DNA from: Carcharhinus longimanus
Lineage: Eukaryota
Direction of reading: 5' to 3'
Assembly (NCBI GenBank): GCA_030264375.1
Contig: JASCQW010000162.1
Span: forward strand, 103,193,352-103,257,351
Length of the DNA: 64,000 bases
This document shows positions 54,309 through 64,000 of this stretch, piece by piece. The translations under genes and the position numbers were made by a program. The notes beneath the pieces are model-generated. The model saw nothing but the letters and a program-made list of their open reading frames with translations. It did no database searches and was not told where the DNA came from. Each line of letters starts with the position of its first letter. The first letter of the stretch is position 1.

Positions 54309-55249
54309 NNNNNNNNNNNNNNNNNNNNNNNNNNNNNNNNNNNNNNNNNNNNNNNNNNNNNNNNNNNNNNNNNNNNNNNNNNNNNNNNNNNNNNNNNNNN
54401 NNNNNNNNNNNNNNNNNNNNNNNNNNNNNNNNNNNNNNNNNNNNNNNNNNNNNNNNNNNNNNNNNNNNNNNNNNNNNNNNNNNNNNNNNNNNNNNNNNNN
54501 NNNNNNNNNNNNNNNNNNNNNNNNNNNNNNNNNNNNNNNNNNNNNNNNNNNNNNNNNNNNNNNNNNNNNNNNNNNNNNNNNNNNNNNNNNNNNNNNNNNN
54601 NNNNNNNNNNNNNNNNNNNNNNNNNNNNNNNNNNNNNNNNNNNNNNNNNNNNNNNNNNNNNNNNNNNNNNNNNNNNNNNNNNNNNNNNNNNNNNNNNNNN
54701 NNNNNNNNNNNNNNNNNNNNNNNNNNNNNNNNNNNNNNNNNNNNNNNNNNNNNNNNNNNNNNNNNNNNNNNNNNNNNNNNNNNNNNNNNNNNNNNCTGTT
54801 CTTCTCTCTCCACAGATGCTGCCAAATTGCTGGGTATTCAGGCAATGTTTTCCCTGGGACACAGCTGTTTCAACACTTCTAATGGGTATTTGGGCTCTCA
54901 GCCCAAGTATACATAAATATGGGTTGGCAGAGAGCCCAGACATCCTGTATCTTGGAGAAAATATTGATTGATTGACAGCTCTGGCTCTCTGATCTCTGCT
55001 GTTAATTACACAAGGTTAAGTGGTTTCAAGAGTTTGGGATTGTTGTTTTTNNNNNNNNNNATGCAAAGGATCTATTGTTCTACAGTTCTATTGACTTGCA
55101 GTGAAATGACTTTCATTCAACATAGTAGAAAGTTATAAATAAACTACTTTTATAAAGCTTTTTTCTTTACACGTACTTATATTACCACAGGCATTATGTC
55201 TTTAAGGGATAGCAGCCAGCATGTTATCATGAGATGGTGTGTCATATGA

Positions 55250-56290
55250 TTCAGTTTCAATTTCACAATGCCAGCATTTACAAAAAGAATTGATGAAAGA
55301 TTCTCAACTACAGAAACTATAGAAAACCATCATTGAAAAATGCCTGATTCAGTTCAACATGTCCACAAACACATGAGACCATTTTGGCCTTACCAGGACA
55401 CCTCCTGGGAAGTCATTTTTTAAGGCAGGCAGGTCATAATATTGGAATCTTTGCGACCTATATTCTTCAACAACTTCAGCACTCACATGTGAGCAGAGAT
55501 GAGGTGAGAAGACTCACAAGACAGACAATCTATTGGCCACGTATGAAGAATGACATTGAAATCATCAATATGTGAGAGGCATGGCAAGAACAAATGCCAA
55601 GTCAACACACAGAACCACCGATTCCACATTTCTACTCATCCTTAGTCCAAAATCGCATCTGACCTCTTTCATTTCCATGGTTCAGATTTCATCATCATTG
55701 TTGACTATACACTAAGTACTCCATTATTTACAATTGCACAATACATCAAGCATAACTGTCATGTACATTCTAAGTGCTACTTTGGTGTGTCTGGAGAGTT
55801 CATTATGGATAACGATCTGCAAATTTATTGGTGAACCATTTCAGGATTTCTGTGAGAGGTAGAATATTGATCACACTACTCCTCATTACTCTGGATCTAA
55901 CAGCCAAGATAAATAAATGATTTGCATAGTGAAATCCCTAATTCTCAAATGGAGACAGACCAAACAAGATCTACATGTTGCAATGTTACATCTGAGAGCG
56001 ACACCTTTAAGTGAAATTATTCCATGACTGGCAGAGTTCTTGAGACAGTGCATATCTCTTTACATACTCTTACCCTTTCTATTCTCTCAGACAGTAGACA
56101 GCAACTTTTAAAACTACAAAAGAAAATACCAACATGTACTATAAAAATGCAGGTACAGAATTGCCAAGCTTACAGTTGGTACAAAAAGTTCCCATTCAAG
56201 ATTTCAGAGAAAGTACTTGGCAGCAAACCGAAGTAACAAAGATTTATTCAGAACCAAGGTCCTATGAAGTAATTACACAAGAAAGGTGAA
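55250..56290 (+). mobile_element. Degenerate Gypsy-like integrase fragment
   Basis: QQLQHSHV...RQTIYWPRMKNDIE (zinc-binding region) and KIASDLFHFHGSDFIIIVDY (core start); many disablements. Confidence 0.75.
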
Positions 56291-57215
56291 ATGATAATGT
56301 ATAACTGAGGAAATATCAGATTAGACATTCTTATAGATCCAAAACAATCTTTAAAAAAAGTAGCCAGGGACTTTATCCTGAATGATATACCAGAGACTGA
56401 AACTTATAAGCAACTTATTGATTGCAAATTCATCTCAAGAATTTTGAATATGCAATGTCAACTTATCAAGATACAGGGTCCATTAATATGAACCTACAAG
56501 CAGCAGTTTATCCAGAGATTCACCGAGGCAACTTCAGATGGATTGCTGAATTGGAACAAGATACGCTAAAGATTAAGGACAATCTAAACTTTAAAGTACT
56601 TTTTAAAGTCAAAAACAGCTGCCGAACAAATATGCAAATCAAATCCTCAAGATGTTTGCATTTGAATTGATGACTTGCTATCTTTCTTGGATACTTGATA
56701 AAGTCAGCACAATACTTGCATTAATGTAATGCCTTTCTCATAGAAGACATCAGGAACAACTGTGCATCAGCAGGGGTTGTCCCACTTTCTATGAATGATC
56801 CTATCTTTTAATTCCATGTGCACTGTGACAGAAACACAAGAGATAGGAGCATGAAAAAATTATTTATTTTTATCGCTACCATTAACTTATCTACTCATGT
56901 GTTTCATCTATTTTGAGCTATAAATTAGGGGTGTTTCATTTTTGTGGAACCAATAGTGCATCATTACTCTTGACACCATATTCTAAATATAAACGATTTC
57001 TCTCTCAACCCACACAGGAAAAGAATTTAAATTCTGCTAAAACTTACCAGCCAGACATCAGGCTTTGAGTCTAAATATCACATCTATTTGTTGAAACTGG
57101 CCCTGGAGGTGCAAACCAGTACTTGTTAAACTGTGTCAAGCCTTATCTTGGTAACTCTGCCCAATTTTAGCCTGAAATCACTACAGACCCTATGCCACTT
57201 ATAATTAATATTTAC

Positions 57216-57351
57216 CTCTGTCTGGACGAGATAGTTCCTTTGAGTCCTGATGTGTTTAAGAAAGCCGAGGACATTAACTGTGCTTTTATCTTTTATTTGT
57301 TTCAGCATGCTATCGAGCACAATATATGTTCCAGTTCTGCCAACACCAGCA
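57216..57351 (-). CDS. PTPRG: PTPRG coding exon, D1 P-loop and Q-loop ((S)[45 protein letters not shown])
   Basis: Lies within ORF 57126..57401. 136 nt, phase 2-0. Completes HCSAGVGR across the intron; pyrimidine-rich ctag acceptor, gtaaat donor. Confidence 0.96.
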
Positions 57352-59885
57352 CTAGATAGGGAATAAAGGGAGTAAGGAATTAGCATACTATACACAAGCA
57401 CAGCACGAACAGTGTAAAAATGTGATCTATCTGCAAGATCAAATGATAATTATGTTGATTAAATTACTATGCTTGCACTATTAAAGGCTTTTTGTTAATT
57501 CGATGGAAACACTTCATTATATAATGACTGCTCCCTATATTCATTAATAAATGGTTCAATATATGGTATTTAATTGAATACACAAGTGTAATTATTAACA
57601 AGAGCAATCTTGTCTTCAGAAGTGTTATGTTTAGTCAGAAATGATTAACATACACACAGCTGCATAGCCAAACTACTTATCTTGGTTACTTCTCCCAGGG
57701 TACGTTATCATTTTTCCCATTATTTTTCTGTTCCATTTTCCCCAATGTCATCAGTCCTGGTAAATAGGCTCCTCTAATCCCTCTGTCATTGATAGTCTTG
57801 AATTGGTCTTTGGTAACAACTGAGAATTTCTCAGTGATAAATGGGTCGCCAATACCCACTCCAATATTCTCCCCAACCTCTACCGCTCCCATCTTTGTGG
57901 ATACTCTTGCCACCACACTGAGAGGCAAACAAAGTTATCAACTCAACAAAGTGGGGACTGAAACAATGTCCCCAAGATTCAGTTGCTCAGTGCATTTGAC
58001 CACCATCTGCATTACCCACCTTTCATTTTCTTCCGCATTGCCTTCAATGAACACGCTGGCCTGGAGTTTCTGCTCATGGTTCAGTTGGGAAAAATCTGCC
58101 TATAATGCTGCATACACAGAATTGAATTTGCCAAAGACAAATCATGCCAAAATTATGATGAGTTAATCAAAGGTATTTTTGTAAAAACTGGCTTATATGG
58201 CCTTGGGAATCGCACTAAGTGCATGACTATAGAACTGATTGGGCACAAGGGCTGTGTTGTATGACCAATATTCCATGGCTTATTTAATGAAAAAAATTAC
58301 ACTGTTTGTGGAGATTTTCCCCCATTTGTGAGGGGAATTTGCAGGATATTTTGGGTACATTTCGCTGTTTTCTGTTGTCACTCAAGTGCCATTAATGCAC
58401 TCTTTCTTGCACTGCTGCAGAGAGGATTGAACATGGTTGCATTTGTGGGAAGAAATTTCTGATCTTACAAGAATACCCTGAATCCTCCTGCCCGCAGCAG
58501 GGTTCAGTCCTTAAGTGACAGCAGCAGGTAAAAGTGGAGCCAAGAATGGTGCTGATTTTTTTCTTTGTTTGTCCACGAACACAAATAGGCACTAACCTAA
58601 AGTGACAACTGCAGATGTTTAGCATGTGTGGGGCAGGAATTGCTGCAAGTAATTTATTGAAAGAAAAGTAAAACCTACAGTTCCGCATGCATATAGCTCT
58701 GGACTTGTGTCCAAGCTCATTCCTGCTTAATGTGTAGGATGTAGTTGGGATCATGTTGTGAAATCTCTTTTTATGCATACTCCCCTAGTGAACACTCATC
58801 ATTACACTAAAGGTTCCCAGTGTGAATCTGTACAAAACAGTGATTTGTAGAGACCACTATAAACTTTTCAGGTTTTTGAAGAAATTAACTAGAATTGTAA
58901 GGATCAGTACAAGTGCCCTGGAATGTTGACATCAGCCTATACTAATGTACTGAACGTAAGGTTTCCTACCACCAGTTTGCGCTGAGGTTTTGGGTCTGCC
59001 TACCTTTTTAGTTCATTACTATATGTAACCCTACACTCACACACGGGGCATTGTCCTCTGTTTCATTCCGGGGCCTGTCTCCCTAGCACAAATAAAGATA
59101 TCCCACAGGTCACATTCTTAACACTGGTTTTCAAACAGGGTAGCCAGATGGCCTCTCCTGGCTCACATGCCAGAGCTCGTGCTTTTGTTCCAGCGGACAA
59201 TGGGTTATTCCTGGCAATGTTTAGCACTGGAGACTGACTGCACACTGACTTACTGGCTCGCTCCCTGAAGATTTACATACTATAGACAAGAATCCTGGCT
59301 CTTTCTTCAGCTGCCTTTCTGTGGGCCTGGCCTTCTGCCAACCTCCTTAAGAGTAATTTTGAGGCCTGCTTGAGTTACTTCATGCATTTACATCATCCCC
59401 TAGGGAGTGAGACTGCCTAACTAAAAGCAAAAAACTTAATTAGATGGCGGAGTGTGCATTCCTAAACTTGTCGGTGCTTTTCTTTAGCAATCCTCATTGA
59501 TCCACTCATATCATGTAATAAATGTTTTCCCTGTAATTATCAATTTTAAGATTAGCAGCTATTTGTTGCCTTTTAATACAATGAAGTTTACATTGAAATG
59601 TCATCAGTTTTATCACATTCTCTGATGTAACGTGGTGTGCTGAGGTGTCACTGATTAGTTTGGTGTTGAAAGTTTACCTGGATTATTGATGAAATTGGCT
59701 GAAATACAAGAAAATGTGATGACACGCAAAGCGTAAAGGCTTGAAATCTCAAAAACCATATGCTGAATGTGAACTAAAGTCTGTTGACATCAAACAAAAA
59801 AAACCAATTAATATTTTGAGTGATTCATCTCAGCAGAATTGGGGATCGGTTCCACTTGAAATAGCTATCTGGCTTTCTCTTTGTT

Positions 59886-60104
59886 TTAAAAGTTTATTTG
59901 TTAGTGTCACAAGTAGGCTTACATTAACACTGCACTGAGGGGGAATTTAGTCCGGCCAATACGCCTAACCAGCATGTCTTTCGGACTGTGGGAGGGACCC
60001 GGAGCATCCAGAGGAAACCCACGGGGAGAACGTGCAGACTCCACACAGAAAGTGACTCAAGCCGGGAATCGAACCCGGGTCCCTGGCACTGTGATGCAGT
60101 AGTG
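59886..60104 (-). mobile_element. HE1/V-SINE-like SINE, alternative tail, internally deleted
   Basis: Reverse complement of the 23791 family. Confidence 0.85.
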
Positions 60105-60226
60105 TTGACTTTATCTTGTCAGCTTGGATCTTGTTTGTCTCTCTTATGGAGGCCATGATCAATTTGAATTTGGTATCTGACGCCAGCAAGGAATGGATTT
60201 GCGTTTGCCGGGTCCACTGGCTTTGA

Positions 60227-60299
60227 AACATAAGAACATAAGAAATAGGAGCAGGAGTAGGCCATCTAGCCCCTCGAGCCTGCCCCGCCATTCAATAAG
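60227..60299 (-). mobile_element. Young CR1 3' tail abutting a gap
   Basis: aacataagaacataagaaataggagcaggagtaggcc octamer-repeat tail. Confidence 0.85.
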
Positions 60300-61073
60300 N
60301 NNNNNNNNNNNNNNNNNNNNNNNNNNNNNNNNNNNNNNNNNNNNNNNNNNNNNNNNNNNNNNNNNNNNNNNNNNNNNNNNNNNNNNNNNNNNNNNNNNNA
60401 AATTAATTTCTGAAAATTTGTTCACGCAATCCATGCATCTGAAGACATATGACATCCAGTGATTTCAACTGCCTGCAGGTCATAGGTCTTATGTACCAAG
60501 GACAGACCAAATTACTGAATTTTGACTAATTTAAAATTAATTTTAAGCGTTCTAATATAGCAACAGTATGTGGCGCAGACCTAATTGAGGCTTCAATTAA
60601 CTGCTGATCACTACAGCTGTACATCATTAATGTAGGATTATTGTGACCAAGGATGCCCTTGCAATCAAACTTCTTAATTCCAGAAGAAGAAGAATCGGGA
60701 TCAGGAGCCATTGGCGGAAATTCACCATGATAACATGGGAACATGGCTCATTTTCTGAGCAAGAGTTACTTCAGCCAAACTGACTTTTGAACTCAATGTA
60801 AAAGATCATGAAAGCTCAAGGGTAGGTGGTTCCAAGCATAATTCAAAAATGTTTTAAATTCCACAATCCTTTGCATTATTTTAGTCAATTCTGCCTGGAT
60901 TCTGTGATAATAGGGTGGAAACCATAAACTCCAGCACATTGTTGTTGCAACCAGAAGGATGAATGATCCTTAACATGAAAACTAATTTCATCCAAGGAGC
61001 TGAATCCAATGCAGTGTCACGCACAATTAGATTTCTCTCAAACATTTGAGGAAAAATTAATATTTCCACATAC

Positions 61074-61246
61074 CTGCAATGTACTACTACTGGTCCCATG
61101 TCTGGTATCTGAGCCGCAGATGACTTTCTTACAAAGGTAAGTACAGGAAGTGCATATTCTGGTACCCCCATATCAGGCCACTGTGTATAGTGATATTGGA
61201 TAACCATCCGTTCATTCTGACGACCCTTGGGGTTTCCCTTTTGTCC
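61074..61246 (-). CDS. PTPRG: PTPRG coding exon, D1 WPD loop to catalytic Cys ([31 protein letters not shown]...GPVVVHC)
   Basis: Lies within ORF 60881..61411. 173 nt, phase 0-2, acag acceptor, gtatgt donor. Confidence 0.96.
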
Positions 61247-61357
61247 CTGTAACCACAGTTTATCAGCATCAATGAATATATAAAATATGTGAATATGTAG
61301 CACTTTTATCTGGAGGACGGAGGTGAATCTGAAACTGTGCCAACCAGGACATCTTGT

Positions 61358-61660
61358 GGGTGGCATGGTGGTTAGCACTGCTGCCTCATGGCGCCAGGGA
61401 CCCGGGTTCAATTCCAGTCTCTGTGGAGTTTACACATTCTCCTTGTGTCTGTGTGGGTTTCTTCAGTGTGCTCTGGTTTCTTCCCACAGTCCAACGATGT
61501 GCGGATTAAATTGATTGGCCATGTTAAATTGACCCTAACGTCAGGGGGATTAGCAGGGTAAATGTGTGGGGTTACAGGAATAGAGCCTGGATGGGATTGT
61601 GGTTGGTACAGACTCGACGGGCCGAATGGCCTCCTTCTATATTGTAGGAATTCTATGATT
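61358..61660 (+). mobile_element. HE1-like SINE with CR1/HER1-type tail
   Basis: tRNA-like head and V-SINE-like body; tail gggccgaatggcctccttct...ttctatgatt. Confidence 0.88.
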
Positions 61661-62394
61661 TTATCACGACTAGACTCAACGCTCGAGTGTAATATTTATT
61701 TCTGCAATTTAGATTGAAATATGCAATTACAAGACAAAAAAAAGTGAACATTTTGAATATCTTCAGAAAAGTATAATAAATCCAATAANNNNATATTTTG
61801 CTAACGGATAGACAGCGATTACTTTAAATAGTTAACATCAAGAAAAAATGATCGCATTACAAATTCACTTATTTATTAGGTGGCAATTCAGAACTGAACG
61901 GCAATGAAATCAATGCCATCTTTATTCCAAATTGCTCTTACGTTGTAACGCCTGTAAACAGACAAAATTTTGATTATCTTATGACACATTTTTGTAACCT
62001 CCCTTCCGAAGGTCTTCCTAGATCACATAGCATTCTCTGATCGGGAAAAAGAGGTGAACAGAGGAGTCAGGCAACTAATCAGTGATCACTCCTCTAAAGG
62101 TGTTTGAAAACTAGACTCCCAATTGATTTATTTGACTTTTACAAGTGTGCAGGGCCAAGTCTAGAATATTTGTTCTGCACCCATTGTCAGAAAGCTATTT
62201 TCTTCTAGTTCCTAAATTAGTCAATCATTGCTTCAGCACAGTTCATGTTCCCCAGTCAAAGCAAGTTTGAAAAGAAAAATATATACTTCAGGAGAAAAAT
62301 TAAAAATCAGCATGTTCAACTTGTTTACATTATCTATGGTACGAAGAAACAAAATTTACATCTCTGAAAGTTAAAAATGGACAGCCACTGTATG

Positions 62395-62610
62395 CTGACA
62401 TACTCTCTTCCACCTTCTTCTGTCGAGAAAAAGATACAAAAGTCTGAGATCACATACCAACCAACTCAAGAACAGCTTCTTCCCCGCTGTCATCAGACTT
62501 TTGAATGGACTTATCATATATCTTTCTCTACACCCTAACTGTGAGTGTAACACTACATTCTGCATCCTCTCCTTTCCTTCTCCCTTCTGTACTCTATTAA
62601 TGGTATGTTT
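62395..62610 (+). mobile_element. LINE 3' fragment (Rex1/L2-like)
   Basis: Encodes RRYKSLRSHTNQLKNSFFPAVIRLLN, a typical C-terminus of such LINE ORFs. Confidence 0.6.
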
Positions 62611-63587
62611 TGGCTGTGGGGTCTAGGGGATGGAAGATGGANNNNNNNNNNNNNNNNNNNNNNNNNNNNNNNNNNNNNNNNNNNNNNNNNNNNNNNNNNN
62701 NNNNNNNNNNNNNNNNNNNNNNNNNNNNNNNNNNNNNNNNNNNNNNNNNNNNNNNNNNNNNNNNNNNNNNNNNNNNNNNNNNNNNNNNNNNNNNNNNNNN
62801 NNNNNNNNNNNNNNNNNNNNNNNNNNNNNNNNNNNNNNNNNNNNNNNNNNNNNNNNNNNNNNNNNNNNNNNNNNNNNNNNNNNNNNNNNNNNNNNNNNNN
62901 NNNNNNNNNNNNNNNNNNNNNNNNNNNNNNNNNNNNNNNNNNNNNNNNNNNNNNNNNNNNNNNNNNNNNNNNNNNNNNNNNNNNNNNNNNNNNNNNNNNN
63001 NNNNNNNNNNNNNNNNNNNNNNNNNNNNNNNNNNNNNNNNNNNNNNNNNNNNNNNNNNNNNNNNNNNNNNNNNNNNNNNNNNNNNNNNNNNNNNNNNNNN
63101 NNNNNNNNNNNNNNNNNNNNNNNNNNNNNNNNNNNNNNNNNNNNNNNNNNNNNNNNNNNNNNNNNNNNNNNNNNNNNNNNNNNNNNNNNNNNNNNNNNNN
63201 NNNNNNNNNNNNNNNNNNNNNNNNNNNNNNNNNNNNNNNNNNNNNNNNNNNNNNNNNNNNNNNNNNNNNNNNNNNNNNNNNNNNNNNNNNNNNNNNNNNN
63301 NNNNNNNNNNNNNNNNNNNNNNNNNNNNNNNNNNNNNNNNNNNNNNNNNNNNNNNNNNNNNNNTATTACAATTAGCAGGTTTGCATAATTATTAGGTAGC
63401 CACCTGCTATGAGTCCGGCCAGATGGGTGAATCCCGATAGCCCTCATGCCCGGCGGGAATCCTGATTTTTAGTCGACAATTGGGAATCGGGATTCCTGCC
63501 ACCCATCTGACAAGGACAGTGAATACCCTCCTCCGCTCGTGTTTGTTTAAGAAGTATAAAAAGACACATTTATATTTCTACACTTAC

Positions 63588-63722
63588 CTTTTTAACTTTG
63601 GTGTTCCTTATAGTGAAGCGGCGTACAGTGCAACACGCCCGTACTTTTGTACTCTTCAAGGTGACAATAATATTGCCGTACTCTTCGTTGTTCTCACTTG
63701 GCCAGTACTGATCACATTTTCG
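63588..63722 (-). CDS. PTPRG: PTPRG coding exon, D1 phosphatase domain ([45 protein letters not shown])
   Basis: Manual translation. 135 nt, phase 0-0, ttttttag acceptor, gtaagt donor, KCxQYWP PTP motif. Matches recalled vertebrate PTPRG. Upstream exons lie beyond the window. Confidence 0.95.
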
Positions 63723-63799
63723 CTAAAAAAACAAGGAATAGAGTAGTTAAATTCCATTCAGAATGTGCCACAACAAAATGTCAAAATTACAATACATTT

Positions 63800-64000
63800 T
63801 GTGCTAGCTATGGCTCCATTCATAACACACTTTCTTCTGAGTGAGAACCTTGTGGGTTCAAGTCCTACTCCAAGACTTGAGCACAAAAATCAAGTTGGCA
63901 TTGCAGTATTGAAGGAGTGTTGCACTGTCAGGAGTGCTGTCTTTGGATAAAGTGCTGAAATGAGGGACTATCTGCCCTCTCAGGTGAATATATAAGACCC
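63800..64000 (+). mobile_element. Old SINE, Deu-domain/SacSINE1-like, cut off by the window edge
   Basis: gtgggttcaagtcctactcca B-box; gtctttggat...tctgccctctcaggtg body. Confidence 0.6.

Noticed and set aside
60881-61411. 176-aa ORF as a stand-alone gene
   Set aside because: Only 61074-61246 is exon; the rest is intron and SINE read-through.
62605-63447. Long ORFs of 150-270 aa here and at 10723-11406, 20702-21124 and 54226-54943
   Set aside because: They consist almost entirely of N-gap (X residues) and are artefacts.
1-64000. CRISPR arrays, operons or prokaryotic defence systems
   Set aside because: The DNA is a spliced vertebrate locus; no regularly spaced repeat-spacer array was seen.

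Overview
Vertebrate genomic scaffold with many N-gaps. The repeat content (HE1/V-SINE-type SINEs, CR1/HER1-type LINEs, Penelope-like and Gypsy-like relics) points to a shark; this is an inference. The only protein-coding gene I can support is the 3' half of PTPRG (receptor protein tyrosine phosphatase gamma) on the minus strand. Ten coding exons (63722 down to the stop at 22089) have GT-AG sites and matching phases. They encode the end of the active D1 domain (WPD, HCSAGVGR), the D2 pseudophosphatase and an -ESLV PDZ-binding tail, followed by a probable 3' UTR of about 3.3 kb. One expected exon of about 49 codons ([10 protein letters not shown]...KQFK) is not visible and probably lies in a gap. 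The rest is intronic or intergenic and rich in transposon relics. The most notable non-genic signals are minimal hammerhead-ribozyme motifs in TSD-flanked Penelope-like inserts, an interstitial (TTAGGG)6 tract, a ~340-bp direct repeat pair and SINEs sharing a head but carrying two different tails. I cannot demonstrate a wholly new biological system from the sequence alone.
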